Assembly (NCBI GenBank): GCA_963756155.1
Contig: CAVWMQ010000001.1
Location: 602,380-666,379 of the forward strand
Length of the DNA stretch: 64,000 nt
Direction of reading: 5' to 3'
From: an uncultured delta proteobacterium
Lineage (GTDB): Bacteria > Desulfobacterota > Binatia > Binatales > Binataceae
A model generated the notes under the pieces. The model saw nothing but the letters and a program-made list of their open reading frames with translations. It was not told the DNA's origin and did not search any database. Within the stretch, counting starts at the first letter, position 1. Every line of letters starts with the position of its first letter. Shown here in pieces: positions 47,710 to 58,437 of this stretch. A program made the position numbers and the translations under genes.

Positions 47710-48814
47710 TCTCGTAATCAGCGCAGTCATGGCGATCGTCATCGTGCTGCTGGCGCTGCAGCTCGCGGCGGTGCTGCTGTGGTTCGAGCGCAAAGGCAGC
47801 GCGCTGATCCAGGATCGGATCGGCGCCAACCGCGCGAGCATCACCGGGTTCGGCGCGCGCCTCGGGCTTCCCAACCTGGGCTTCGTCAACACCCTGATGG
47901 CCGATCCGCTCAAGCTTTTCACCAAGGAAGATTTCGTGCCCGAGGGCGCCGACAAATTTCTGCATGCGCTCGGGCCGTTCCTCGCGCTGTTCCCGGTGCT
48001 GATCACGTTTGCGGTGGTGCCGATGGGCGACCAGGTCACGATTGGCGGCCACACCTTCGAGCTGCAGGCGGCCGATATCAACGCGGCGGCGCTCTACGTG
48101 CTCGCCACGATCGGGATCGGCGTCTATGGCATCGCGCTGGGCGGGTGGGCGTCGAACAATCGATGGGCGCTGCTCGGCGCGATCCGCGCGACCGCGCAGA
48201 TGATCTCGTATGAGATCGCGATGGGGCTCGCGATCATCGCGGTGGTCATGACCTACGGCACGCTGAATCTGCAGGAGATTTGCCGCGCGCAGGGCGGCGT
48301 GTGGTTCGGATTCCTGCCGCGCTGGGGAATTTTCCTGCAGCCGATCGCGTTCATCCTGCTGTTCACCTCCGGGATGGCCGAGTCCAAGCGCGTGCCGTTC
48401 GATCTTCCCGAGGCCGAGTCGGAACTGATCGCGGGATATTTCACCGAATACTCCGGCGGCAAGCAGGCCGCCTTCATGCTCACCGACTTCGCGGAGATCG
48501 TGCTGGTGGCGGTGCTCATCACCTTGTTTTTTTTCGGCGGATGGCAGATTCCGTGGCTCTACCGCGACGGGTTTCATCTGCCCGGCGGCGCGTTCATTCA
48601 CGTCAATCAAATCGTGGTCGCGGTGCTCGGCGTGATCGCGTTCTGGGTCAAGACGATCGTGCTGTGCTGGATCCAGATCCTGATCCGGTGGACGCTGCCG
48701 CGGTTTCGCTACGACCAGCTGATGCGCCTGGGATGGAAGGGCCTGGTGCCGCTGGGCCTTGCGAACATCCTGGTCACCGCGTTCGTGATCGTGTCGATGG
48801 GGAGCGCTACCTAA
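47699..48814 (+). CDS. nuoH: NADH-quinone oxidoreductase subunit H
   Basis: [50 protein letters not shown]. Confidence 0.96.
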   Translation: MTTDLVISAVMAIVIVLLALQLAAVLLWFERKGSALIQDRIGANRASITGFGARLGLPNLGFVNTLMADPLKLFTKEDFVPEGADKFLHALGPFLALFPVLITFAVVPMGDQVTIGGHTFELQAADINAAALYVLATIGIGVYGIALGGWASNNRWALLGAIRATAQMISYEIAMGLAIIAVVMTYGTLNLQEICRAQGGVWFGFLPRWGIFLQPIAFILLFTSGMAESKRVPFDLPEAESELIAGYFTEYSGGKQAAFMLTDFAEIVLVAVLITLFFFGGWQIPWLYRDGFHLPGGAFIHVNQIVVAVLGVIAFWVKTIVLCWIQILIRWTLPRFRYDQLMRLGWKGLVPLGLANILVTAFVIVSMGSAT

Positions 48815-49399
48815 TGCCACTGTGGATGTTCGCGTTCTTCGCGGCGCTCGCGATCGTGTCCGCGCTCGGCGTCATCTTCCAGCGCAACGTGGTGCATTGC
48901 CTGCTGTCGCTGGTGCTGACGCTGCTGGTGATCGCGGTGCTGTTCATCGGCGAGGACGCGATCGTGGTCGGCTTCCTGCAGGCGATCGTCTACGGCGGCG
49001 CGATCATGGTGCTGTTCCTGTTCGTGATCTGGCTGCTGAATCTGCCGGTCGGAGCGCGGGCCGGCCGGGCATCTGGCGCTGAAGCTGTTCGGCTCGCTCG
49101 CGGCGGCGGCGCTGCTCGCGGAGCTGTTCATCTTCCTGGTGCCGCCGCATCTGCAGGTGAAATACAGCGGGCATCCCGCCGGCTACGGCTCGATGGCGAG
49201 CCTCGCGACGACGCTGTTCGCCGGATACATGGTCGCGTTCGAGGTGACCTCGGTGCTGCTGCTCGCGGCGGTGGTCGGAGCGGTCGCGATCGCGCGGCGC
49301 ACGGGCGCGCAGCCGGTGAGGTCGATGCAGGCGACCAGGTCGGCGCAGTCTGGGGCGTCGGCACAGCCTGCGACGCTCGGAGGTGCGGCGCCGCGATGA
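48814..49399 (+). CDS. nuoJ: NADH-quinone oxidoreductase subunit J; one extra base near 49051
   Basis: [23 protein letters not shown]; continues in shifted frame ...[24 protein letters not shown]. Confidence 0.9.
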
Positions 49400-49698
49400 T
49401 CCCGCTTACCTACATGATGTCGCTCAGCGCCGCGCTGTTCGCGATTGGGGTGCTCGGCGTGATCATCCGGCGCAACGTGCTGGTGATGTTCATGTCGATC
49501 GAGCTGATGTTGAACGCGGTCAATCTAACATTCATCGCGCTGTCGAGCCGGCTGGGATCGATGGACGGCCAGGTGATCGTGTTTTTCGTGATGACGATTG
49601 CCGCGGCCGAGGCCGCCGTCGGGCTCGCGATCATCATCGCGGTGTTCCGCGGTCGCGACACGCTGCACGCCGACGAACTGACGCTGCTCAAGTGGTGA
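49396..49698 (+). CDS. nuoK: NADH-quinone oxidoreductase subunit K
   Basis: RRN...[21 protein letters not shown]. Confidence 0.96.
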   Translation: MIPLTYMMSLSAALFAIGVLGVIIRRNVLVMFMSIELMLNAVNLTFIALSSRLGSMDGQVIVFFVMTIAAAEAAVGLAIIIAVFRGRDTLHADELTLLKW

Positions 49699-49714
49699 GG
49701 CAGGTGACGACGCG

Positions 49715-51637
49715 ATGACCGTTGACTTTCCCGCGCTGGCGCTGATCCTGCTTTTCCCCGCGCTGGGCTTGGTGTTCAACCTGTTCTGGGGCAGTCGCGC
49801 CGGACGCGGCGCGGTCAACTTCGTGGGACCGGGGGTAATCTTCGCGGCGTTTTTCGTCGCGACCTGGGCGTTCGCGAAGGTCATGATGATGCCCGCGGGC
49901 GGCGCGCTCGCAGTCAGGCTGTGGCCGTGGATCGTCGCGGGCAATTTTCACGTCGATATCGCGCTGCGGGTCGACGCGCTCTCGGGCGTGATGGTGATGA
50001 TCGTCAGCGGCGTCGGCGCGCTGATCCACCTGTACTCGATCGGGTACATGGCGCACGACGAGGACTTCGCGCGCTACTTCGCGTACATGAACCTGTTCGA
50101 GCTGTCGATGCTGATCCTGGTGCTCGCCGACAATCTGCTGCTGATGTTCGTCGGATGGGAGGGCGTGGGCCTCTGCTCGTATCTGCTGATCAGTTTTTGG
50201 TACACCAACCCGCAATTTGCGTACAACGGGCGCAAGGCGTTCGTGGTCAATCGGATCGGGGACGCGGGCTTCGTGCTCGGAATGCTGACGATCATCACTG
50301 CGCTCGGCTTTCACGGCGTGTGGACGCTCGAGTTCATCGGCCTGCAGGAGCACGCGGCTCTGATCCGTCCCGGCGTCGCGACCCTGGCGTGCGTCCTGCT
50401 GTTCTTCGGCGCGACCGGCAAGTCGGCGCAAATCCCGCTCTACGTCTGGCTGCCCGACGCGATGGTCGGCCCGACGCCCGTGAGCGCGCTGATCCATGCC
50501 GCGACAATGGTCACCGCGGGCGTCTACATGATCGCGCGGCTGCACTTCCTGTTCCTGATGGGGCCGGCCGCGATGGACCTGGTCGCCACGATCGGCGCGC
50601 TGACCGCGATCTTCGCCGCGTCGATCGCGATCGTGCAGCCCGATATCAAGCGCGTGCTGGCGTATTCGACCATCAGCCAGCTCGGCTACATGTTCCTGGC
50701 GGTCGGATGCGGCGCGTTCGCCACCGGAATCTTCCACCTGATGACGCACGCGTTCTTCAAGGGGCTGCTCTTCCTATGCGCGGGGTCGGTGATGCACGCG
50801 CTCGGCGGCGAGCAGGACATGAACAAGATGGGCGCGCTGCGCAAGAAGATTCCGATCACGTACTGGACGATGCTGATCGCGACCCTGGCGATCTCCGCGG
50901 TGCCCCCATTCTCCGGCTTCTTCTCGAAGGACCTGATCCTCGAGGCCGCGTTCACCTCCGGCCACGGATGGCTCTGGTTCCTCGGCGTGGTCACCGCCGG
51001 GCTCACCTCGTTCTACATGTTCCGCCTGATCTTCATGACCTTCTTCGGCATATCGCGCGTCGACGACGACAAGCTCCCTCACGTGCACGAGTCGCCTGCG
51101 ATCATGACGATCCCGCTGATCGCGCTTGCGATTCTCGCGACTGTCGGCGGCTGGGTCGGCCTGCCGGACGGAGTTTTGTGGGGCAACGCGTTCGCGCGGT
51201 TCCTGGCGCCGGTGGTCGGAACTTATCGCGGGCTGTTCGAGTTCAGCCCGGCGCTGCTTTCAGGTCTCGCGAGCATGGCCTCGGCGGTCGGGATCCTGCT
51301 GGCCTACGTATGCTACCTGCGGATGCCCGGACTCCCGATGATTGTCGCGTGGAAGGCCAAGTCCGTTTACGATTTGCTGCTGCAGAAGTACTACATCGAT
51401 CAGCTCTACGATCTGATCGTGACCCGGCCGCTGTTTTTCATCTCCAGCCGAGTGCTCAATCGAGCGGTCGATAGATTCATGATCGACGGCACGGTCAATG
51501 GCACGGGACTGGCCGTCGAGACCTCGGGCGAGCTCGCGCGCCGATCCGAAACCGGCAACCTGCAGCATTACGCATTCGTCTACCTGTTCGGCGCCGTCGG
51601 TATCGTGGCCTACTACCTGTACCTGGTGATGCGCTGA
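49715..51637 (+). CDS. nuoL: NADH-quinone oxidoreductase subunit L
   Basis: GWEGVG, NRIGD, KSAQ.PL..WLPDAM.GPTPVSALIHAATMV. Confidence 0.97.
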   Translation: MTVDFPALALILLFPALGLVFNLFWGSRAGRGAVNFVGPGVIFAAFFVATWAFAKVMMMPAGGALAVRLWPWIVAGNFHVDIALRVDALSGVMVMIVSGVGALIHLYSIGYMAHDEDFARYFAYMNLFELSMLILVLADNLLLMFVGWEGVGLCSYLLISFWYTNPQFAYNGRKAFVVNRIGDAGFVLGMLTIITALGFHGVWTLEFIGLQEHAALIRPGVATLACVLLFFGATGKSAQIPLYVWLPDAMVGPTPVSALIHAATMVTAGVYMIARLHFLFLMGPAAMDLVATIGALTAIFAASIAIVQPDIKRVLAYSTISQLGYMFLAVGCGAFATGIFHLMTHAFFKGLLFLCAGSVMHALGGEQDMNKMGALRKKIPITYWTMLIATLAISAVPPFSGFFSKDLILEAAFTSGHGWLWFLGVVTAGLTSFYMFRLIFMTFFGISRVDDDKLPHVHESPAIMTIPLIALAILATVGGWVGLPDGVLWGNAFARFLAPVVGTYRGLFEFSPALLSGLASMASAVGILLAYVCYLRMPGLPMIVAWKAKSVYDLLLQKYYIDQLYDLIVTRPLFFISSRVLNRAVDRFMIDGTVNGTGLAVETSGELARRSETGNLQHYAFVYLFGAVGIVAYYLYLVMR

Positions 51638-53238
51638 TGGCTGGCGGATTGCTGACGGCGCTGATTTTTCTGCCGCTGCTCGGCGCGATTTTCATTTTGC
51701 TGCAGCGCGAGCCGCGCGCGATCTGGAACTCCGCGTTCGTCTTCTCACTGCTGCCGCTCGCGCTGAGCTTCTATCTGTTCGCCGCGTTCGACCCCAACGA
51801 GGGCGGCTACCAATTCGTCGAGCAGTACAACTGGATTCCCGATCTCGGGATTTCCTACCATCTAGGACTCGACGGCATCAGCCTTTTCCTGGTGCTGCTC
51901 ACCACCATCCTGATCTCACTGTCGCTGCTGTACTCCGGCGGCGGCGACATCGAGGAGCGTCCGCGCGAATTCTGCTTCTTCGTGCTGGTGCTCGAGACCG
52001 GGCTGCTGGGCGCTCTGCTCGCTGTCGACCTGTTTCTGTTCTACGCGTTCTGGGAAGTGATGCTGATCCCGATGTACTTCATGATCGGCATCTGGGGACA
52101 CGGGCGCAAAATTTACGCCGCGATCAAGTTCGTGTTGTTCACGATGTTCGGCTCGATCCTGATGCTGGTCGCGATCATCTACCTGGTGCTCGCCGCGCGC
52201 GCGCACTTCGGGCGCCTGAGCTTCGACCTGCCGCTGCTCTACCAGGTGCCGCTGACGCATACCGAGGCGCGCTGGCTGTTCGCGGCGTTCGCGCTCGCCT
52301 TCGCGATCAAAGTCCCGATGTGGCCGCTGCATACCTGGCTCCCCGACGCGCACACCGAGGCGCCCACCGCCGGCTCCGTGCTGCTGGCCGGCATCATGCT
52401 CAAGATGGGCACCTATGGCTTTCTGCGTTTCGCGATCCCGCTGTTTCCCGAGGTTGCCCTCGAGGCGATCCCGCTGTTCATGGCGCTCGCAGTGGTCGGG
52501 ATCATCTACGGCGCGCTGGTCGCGATGGTGCAGCCGGATCTAAAGCGCCTGGTCGCCTATTCCTCGGTCAGCCACCTCGGCTTCGTGATGCTCGGGATTT
52601 TCGCGCTCGACCGCCAGGGCGTCGAGGGCGCCATCTACCAGATGCTCAATCACGGCGTCTCGACCGGCGGCCTGTTCCTGCTGGTCGGGATGATCTACAT
52701 GCGCCGCCACACGCGCGAGATCAGCGAGTTCGGCGGGCTGTGGAAAAGCGTCCCGGTCTGGGCCGGGATCTTCATGGTCGTGATGCTCTCCTCGATCGGG
52801 CTGCCCGGCCTCAACGGTTTCATCGGCGAATTTCTGATCCTGCTGGGCGCGTTCCTGCGACTCAAGCTGGCCGTCGTGTTCGCGGTGAGCGGGCTCATCC
52901 TCGGCGCGCTCTACATGCTGTGGACTTATGAGCGCGTGATGTTCGGGCCGATCACCAAGGCGGTCAACGAGACGATCCGCGATCTCACCCCGCGCGAGGT
53001 CAGCGTCATGGTGCCGGTGCTCGCGCTGATGTTCTTCATGGGCTTCTATCCCAAGCCGCTGCTCGCCAGGATGGAGCCGTCGGTGACCACGATGCTCGCG
53101 CGAGTGCACCTGGTGCAGCTGAGCATGGAATCGGAACGCCGTCACCGCCAACTCGCGCGGAGCGTCGATGCCACGGCGTCGCCCGCGATGCCGCATCAGC
53201 CCGATTCCGCAACCCGGGTGGCTGCCGCCGACCGATGA
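51637..53238 (+). CDS. nuoM: NADH-quinone oxidoreductase subunit M
   Basis: FWE..L.PM, K.P..PLHTWLPDAH.EAPT, AYSSVSH. Confidence 0.97.
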   Translation: MAGGLLTALIFLPLLGAIFILLQREPRAIWNSAFVFSLLPLALSFYLFAAFDPNEGGYQFVEQYNWIPDLGISYHLGLDGISLFLVLLTTILISLSLLYSGGGDIEERPREFCFFVLVLETGLLGALLAVDLFLFYAFWEVMLIPMYFMIGIWGHGRKIYAAIKFVLFTMFGSILMLVAIIYLVLAARAHFGRLSFDLPLLYQVPLTHTEARWLFAAFALAFAIKVPMWPLHTWLPDAHTEAPTAGSVLLAGIMLKMGTYGFLRFAIPLFPEVALEAIPLFMALAVVGIIYGALVAMVQPDLKRLVAYSSVSHLGFVMLGIFALDRQGVEGAIYQMLNHGVSTGGLFLLVGMIYMRRHTREISEFGGLWKSVPVWAGIFMVVMLSSIGLPGLNGFIGEFLILLGAFLRLKLAVVFAVSGLILGALYMLWTYERVMFGPITKAVNETIRDLTPREVSVMVPVLALMFFMGFYPKPLLARMEPSVTTMLARVHLVQLSMESERRHRQLARSVDATASPAMPHQPDSATRVAAADR

Positions 53239-54731
53239 ATCCACTGAGCCTCCAAGCGATCAATTTCGTCTGGCTGCCGATTTTGCCGCTGATAACGGTC
53301 GCGGTCGCCGCGATCGTCGTGCTGCTGGTGGGCGTGCGCGTCGACGACGAGGAGAGCGAGGGTCTCGGCTGGCTCACCATCGCGTTGCTCGGCGTCGCGG
53401 CAGTGTTCGCGCTCGGGATGATCGGGCAGACCGGCCTCGCATTCGCGGGCTCGATCGCGATCGACAGTTACTCGGCCTTCTTCGAGATCGTGATCTTGAT
53501 CGCGACGATGTTCACCGTGCTGATGTCGCTCGACTACGTCGCCGAGCGCGCCATCGCGGGCGCCGAATACTACTCGCTGGTCCTGTTCGCGGCGCTCGGC
53601 ATGATGCTGATGGCGACCGCGGGCGATCTCATCATCATCTTTCTCGGGCTGGAAACCATGTCGCTCTCGGTCTACGTGCTGGCCGGGCTTGCGCGCAAGG
53701 ATCCGCGCTCGACCGAAGCCTCGCTCAAGTACTTTATTCTCGGCGCGTTCTCGACCGGCTTCCTGCTCTACGGTATCGCGCTGGTTTATGGCGCGACCGG
53801 CACCATCAGGCTCGGCCCGATCCACGCGGCGCTGACCGGCGACATGATGTCGAATCCGCTGCTGCTGTTGGGGCTCGGCATGATGCTGATCGGATTCGGC
53901 TTCAAGGTCGCCGCGGTGCCGTTCCACATGTGGACGCCCGACGTTTACGAAGGAGCGCCGACGCCGATCACCGCATTCATGGCGGTGGGCGTGAAGCTCG
54001 CGGCGTTTGCGGGGTTCCTGCGCGTGTTCCTGGTGAACCTCGGCCCCGTCAGCGCGCAATGGACTTGGGCGCTGTGGGTGCTCGGGGCGCTGACGATGAC
54101 CACGGGCAATTTGATCGCGGTCGTCCAGACCAACATCAAGCGGATGCTCGCGTACTCGGCGATCGCGCACGCGGGATATTTGCTGGTCGCGATGGCGGCG
54201 GGGGGACCGGAGGCGGGCAGCGCGATTCTCTACTACCTGCTCGGCTACGCGTTCACCAATCTCGGCGCGTTCGCGGTGGTGGTGGCGCTCGAGGTCCGCG
54301 GCGAGACCAGCGACATGATCAGCAACTATCGCGGACTTGCCCGGCGCGAGCCGTGGCTTGCCGCGGCGATGGCGCTATGCCTGTTGTCGCTGACCGGAGT
54401 GCCGCCGCTGGCGGGCTTCGTGGGCAAGTTCTACATCTTCAACGCCGCGCTCAACCAGGGCTTCGTCGGGCTGGTGATCATCGCGGTGCTGAACAGCGTG
54501 ATGTCCGTCTATTACTATTTCTCGGTGATCGTCGCGATGTATATGGAGGAGGGCGGCATCGCGGTCCCGCACATGAGCGCGCGGCCGGCGCTGGTGGCGG
54601 CGATCTGGCTCTCCGTCATCGCGATGATACTGATCGGGGCATATCCGGCCCCGTACATGAACGCGGCATCGACGGCGTTCCACTCGGCGCTGGGCGCCGA
54701 GGTAGTCCGCGCCGCGTATCTCCAACCGTAA
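53235..54731 (+). CDS. nuoN: NADH-quinone oxidoreductase subunit N
   Basis: EASLKYF, FK....PFHMW.PDVYEGAP, KRMLAYS.IAH, G.PP..GF.GK. Confidence 0.97.
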   Translation: MNPLSLQAINFVWLPILPLITVAVAAIVVLLVGVRVDDEESEGLGWLTIALLGVAAVFALGMIGQTGLAFAGSIAIDSYSAFFEIVILIATMFTVLMSLDYVAERAIAGAEYYSLVLFAALGMMLMATAGDLIIIFLGLETMSLSVYVLAGLARKDPRSTEASLKYFILGAFSTGFLLYGIALVYGATGTIRLGPIHAALTGDMMSNPLLLLGLGMMLIGFGFKVAAVPFHMWTPDVYEGAPTPITAFMAVGVKLAAFAGFLRVFLVNLGPVSAQWTWALWVLGALTMTTGNLIAVVQTNIKRMLAYSAIAHAGYLLVAMAAGGPEAGSAILYYLLGYAFTNLGAFAVVVALEVRGETSDMISNYRGLARREPWLAAAMALCLLSLTGVPPLAGFVGKFYIFNAALNQGFVGLVIIAVLNSVMSVYYYFSVIVAMYMEEGGIAVPHMSARPALVAAIWLSVIAMILIGAYPAPYMNAASTAFHSALGAEVVRAAYLQP

Positions 54732-54770
54732 GCCTCGCGACAACCGTAAAGCGTAGCGCGCTGGCGCGCG

Positions 54771-55367
54771 CTACTTTCGCCGTCCGCGCGGCGCGGGTTT
54801 CCCGCGCGAGCCGCGCGGCGCCGCAGCCTTGGCCGCGCCGCCACGCGGCCGCGTCCGCGCCGGCGCCGGCTTGACGCCGGCGCCCCGAGGCCGCGCCGCA
54901 GCGCCGCCGGCCGCGCCTGACGGCGCCGCCGCCGCGCTCGCCGCAGCGGAGGCGGGCGCTTTCGCGCCCGCCGCCGCGCTCGCCGCGTACGCGTCCGCCT
55001 CGATCTCGATCAGCATGTCCGGATGCACCAGGCGGCGCACTTCGACCATGCTGGTTGCTGGCCGTACCTCCGCGAAGAATTCGCGATGCGCCCGCGCCGC
55101 TTCCTCGAAGCGCGTGATGTCGGTCACGAACATCCGCGTGCGCACCACGTTGTTCATCGATAGACCGGTGCGCTCCAGCGCGCTCTTGATATTGCTCAGC
55201 GCCTGGCGCGCCTGCACGTACATCTGGCCCACCCCCGCCAGGGTGCCGTGCTCGTCGGTGGCCGTGGTGCCCGACACCGCCACGAAATCTCCCGCGCGCA
55301 CCGCGCGTGAATAACCCACCACCGGTTCCCACGGCGTGTTGGTCGCTATGCGCACAATTTCGTCCAT
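54771..55367 (-). CDS. RidA/YjgF family protein with basic Ala/Arg/Lys-rich C-terminal extension
   Basis: WEPVVGYSRAVR, VSGTTA, VVRTRMFVTD, RPATSMVEV, IEIEADA. Confidence 0.9.
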   Translation of the reverse strand: MDEIVRIATNTPWEPVVGYSRAVRAGDFVAVSGTTATDEHGTLAGVGQMYVQARQALSNIKSALERTGLSMNNVVRTRMFVTDITRFEEAARAHREFFAEVRPATSMVEVRRLVHPDMLIEIEADAYAASAAAGAKAPASAAASAAAAPSGAAGGAAARPRGAGVKPAPARTRPRGGAAKAAAPRGSRGKPAPRGRRK

Positions 55368-55876
55368 CGGCGTCCTCCGGCGCAGTTGCAAAGATCCCTG
55401 AACTGTCAGACCGGGCTCAGTTATCGCGCGAAGGGTAAGCCTCTTCAAGCTCGCGCGCTACCGAGCGCGTCGGCGATGCGACCGCGCCCGCCGGCGGCAT
55501 CAGCCAGCGCAGCAGTCGCGACAGCCGCGTGGCAATTATCGGCGGCCCCGCGGCCGCGCGCTTCATGTCGAGCTCATGCTCGACGATGCGGACGATATGA
55601 TCGACTGGGTTGCTTTCCAGAACCGGGAAAATACGTTCCGCCACCGCCGCTCCTCCTGGTACTCACCTCGCCCCCCTCACGAATAATACAGATGGAACGC
55701 GAACTGTCAAAACCTCTTGACGAAATAAAAACTCGTTGGCGAAAAACCTGATGATTAAGTAGCGATGACATTTGGCGCTGCCTGATGCTCCCTTGAAGTT
55801 ACGCCGCGCCTGTCGTATTCTTGGCCCGTTTCGCATTTGCGCGACTGTTGAGCACGTCGAATTCAAGGAGGAAGCG

Positions 55877-56074
55877 ATGCGCAAAGTCCTGCTTCTAGTA
55901 CTGGTTTCGTTGTTTCTGGGTACGGCCTGCAATAAGTCCGAGGAGAGCGCGCCTGCGGCTCCTGACGCATCGGCTTCCGCGGCGGCTCCCGCCGACGCAT
56001 CGAGCCCTGCGGCGATGGCCAGCCCCGCCGCCGAGGCCAGCCCGGCTGCTGCAGCGTCACCTGCAAGCCCGTAA
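55877..56074 (+). CDS. Small Ala/Pro/Ser-rich lipoprotein
   Basis: AAGGAGG RBS, MRKVLLLVLVSLFLGTAC lipobox, ASPA repeats. Confidence 0.75.
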   Translation: MRKVLLLVLVSLFLGTACNKSEESAPAAPDASASAAAPADASSPAAMASPAAEASPAAAASPASP

Positions 56075-56091
56075 CCTTTCGTAATCGCGAG

Positions 56092-56123
56092 TTCCCGCGC
56101 GCCGGCTATCCGGCGCGCGGGAA
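56092..56123. terminator. Strong hairpin downstream of small lipoprotein gene
   Basis: 14-bp perfect stem TTCCCGCGCGCCGG / CCGGCGCGCGGGAA, loop CTAT. Confidence 0.7.
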
Positions 56124-56268
56124 AGCTCGTCGGAAACACCTCGGATCGCCCGCGCTATGGGCGGCGGCGAATCCTGTCAGTATCGCCGCGCTTCGCGCTG
56201 TCTCCAGTCTCAAGCAAATAATTCGCCGGCTTGGATCCCGGTTCAAATCGAATCTGCCGACCCGCGAG

Positions 56269-56835
56269 CTAAGAATCTTTGGTTGGGTCGTCCTTGCCGC
56301 CCGGTAGCGGCGATTCTTCTCCTTCGTCCTCGGTGGCTTCAGGCCAGGTGTCCTCGCTAGTTGATCTTGCGGTCTCGCCCATCGATTCGCTCCGGCCGGT
56401 TATTATGTCGCGGGCGCGGCCGGCCGACTCCTCCGCGAGCCTCGCCAGCTCCTCCGATTTGCGTTTCAGGTCGCTGGTCTTTTTGCCCAGCTCGGCCTTG
56501 AGCTCCGCGACCATCGCGAGCGCCTGCGTGCGCGCCTGCTCGCGCTTGTTGGCGTCGCCCAGGGTGGACTTGAGTTGCGCGGCAAGTGTGCGGCCTTGAT
56601 CGCGCAGCGCCTTCATCTCCTTGGTCACCAGTTCGCGCGCCTTCTTCGCGTCGGCCAGCAGGCGCGCGTTGACTTTGTGCGCGCGCACTTCGCGTTCCAG
56701 CTTCGCGCGCAAATCTCTTACGGTTGCTCCGAGCTTCTGCAATTGGCCGCTCGCGCCGCTGGCGGCAGTTTTGGCTGTTTGCTTCGCAGGCTTTTTAGCC
56801 GGCTTTGATGACGATTTCTTTTTCGTGGTCGGCAT
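56269..56835 (-). CDS. Hypothetical coiled-coil protein with Lys-rich N-terminus and acidic tail
   Basis: GGGAGA RBS; heptad-rich central region. Confidence 0.7.
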   Translation of the reverse strand: MPTTKKKSSSKPAKKPAKQTAKTAASGASGQLQKLGATVRDLRAKLEREVRAHKVNARLLADAKKARELVTKEMKALRDQGRTLAAQLKSTLGDANKREQARTQALAMVAELKAELGKKTSDLKRKSEELARLAEESAGRARDIITGRSESMGETARSTSEDTWPEATEDEGEESPLPGGKDDPTKDS

Positions 56836-56981
56836 GTTGGTTTCTCCCGGAGACGATTCAGAAATAAGTCCCGGCGCCCCCGTAGGTCAACCGGAGCATC
56901 GCGACCGCGCGCACCTCGAACGCGATAGCCAAACCCGAAGTGAAGCACGCGCGCGCCGCGCCTGCTACCATGTGGGCGCTT

Positions 56982-58421
56982 ATGGCAGGCGCAGCGACCA
57001 CGCCGGCTCCCCGATCGGACGGCCTCAAGCCCGGACTGTCGCTCTTCGACTCGGCGACGATCGTCGCCGGCTCGATGATCGGCTCCGGCATCTTCATCGT
57101 CTCCGCCGATATCACGCGCCAGGTCGGCTCTCCCGCTGCCCTCCTGATGGTGTGGCTGGTCAGCGGCGTGATGACGGTCGCGGGCGCGCTCGCATACGGC
57201 GAGCTTGCCGCGATGATGCCGCAGGCGGGCGGGCAGTACGTCTACCTGCGCGAGGCGTACGGCGGCCTGTGGGCGTTCCTGTTCGGATGGACGCTGCTGA
57301 TGGTGATTCAGACCGGCACTATCGCGGCGGTGGCAGTCGCGTTCGCGCGCTTCCTGGGCGTCATGTGGCCGGTGCTCGGCTCCGAACTATGGTTCGGCGT
57401 CGGGGGGGTCGGCCTGTCGGGCGAGCGGGTCGGCGCGATCGTCGTGATCGCGGTGCTGACGATGGCGAACTTGCGCGGCTTGAGCCTTGGCAAAATGGTG
57501 CAGAACTCGTTCACCACCGCCAAGATTCTCTCGCTCCTGCTGATAATCGTGGTCGGATGTCTGATCGCGCCGAATGTGGCCGCGGTGCACGCCAATTTCT
57601 CGGCCGGCGCCTTCTTGAGCGATCGGCCCATCTCGATCGGATTTCTCGGCGTGTTCGGCGCCGCGATGGTAGGTGGGCTGTTCTCGGCCGACGCGTGGGC
57701 GACGGTCACGTTCACCGCCTCGGAAGTGAAAAACCCGCGCCGCGATCTGCCGCTCGCACTGGCCTTCGGCACCGGCCTCGTAATCCTTCTCTACATCCTC
57801 ACCAACGTCGCCTACCTGTGCGAGCTGCCTGCTGCCGGCGTCGCGGGCGCGCCCGACGTCTTCGCGCGCGGTATCGCGCACGCGACCAGCGATCGCGTCG
57901 CGGCGGCTGCGATGGAGATGGTGTGGGGGCGGGCCGGCGCGACGCTCACCGCGATCCTGGTGATGATCTCGACTTTCGGATGCGCCAACGGACTGATTCT
58001 CACCGGCGCGCGCGTGATCTATGCGATGTCGCATGACCGGGTATTCTTCGCCGCGGCGGGACGCCTCAATCGCGCCAATGTTCCCGCCTTCGCGCTCACG
58101 ATTCAGGCGCTATGGGCGGCGCTGCTGGCGCTGTCGGGAACCTACTCGCAGCTTCTCGACTACGTGGTCTTCGCGCAGCTCGGATTTTACGTGCTGACCG
58201 TCGGCGCGGTGTTCGTGCTGCGCCGCGCGCGCCCGACCGCCTCGCGGCCCTACCGCACGTGGGGTTATCCGCTGCTGCCCGCCGCATATATCGTCGCGGC
58301 CGTTGCGATGATGGTTGACCTGCTGATCCTGAAGCCGCACTCGGCGTGGCCGGGACTCGTGATCGCGCTGAGCGGCGTGCCTATCTATCTGCTGACGACC
58401 CGCCGCCGCACCGCCGCCTGA
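56982..58421 (+). CDS. APC family amino acid permease
   Basis: GSMIGSGIF, ELAAMMPQAGGQYVYLREAYG, EVKNPRRDLP, RPYRTWGYP. Confidence 0.93.
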   Translation: MAGAATTPAPRSDGLKPGLSLFDSATIVAGSMIGSGIFIVSADITRQVGSPAALLMVWLVSGVMTVAGALAYGELAAMMPQAGGQYVYLREAYGGLWAFLFGWTLLMVIQTGTIAAVAVAFARFLGVMWPVLGSELWFGVGGVGLSGERVGAIVVIAVLTMANLRGLSLGKMVQNSFTTAKILSLLLIIVVGCLIAPNVAAVHANFSAGAFLSDRPISIGFLGVFGAAMVGGLFSADAWATVTFTASEVKNPRRDLPLALAFGTGLVILLYILTNVAYLCELPAAGVAGAPDVFARGIAHATSDRVAAAAMEMVWGRAGATLTAILVMISTFGCANGLILTGARVIYAMSHDRVFFAAAGRLNRANVPAFALTIQALWAALLALSGTYSQLLDYVVFAQLGFYVLTVGAVFVLRRARPTASRPYRTWGYPLLPAAYIVAAVAMMVDLLILKPHSAWPGLVIALSGVPIYLLTTRRRTAA

Positions 58422-58437
58422 TTCCTTCGATCGAAAC

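Noticed and set aside
48280-49698. 472-aa NuoJ-NuoK fusion ORF
   Set aside because: Artefact of the nuoJ frameshift plus read-through of a shadow frame of nuoH
56230-56255. tRNA T-arm-like GGTTCAAATC
   Set aside because: No T-stem pairing or cloverleaf around it
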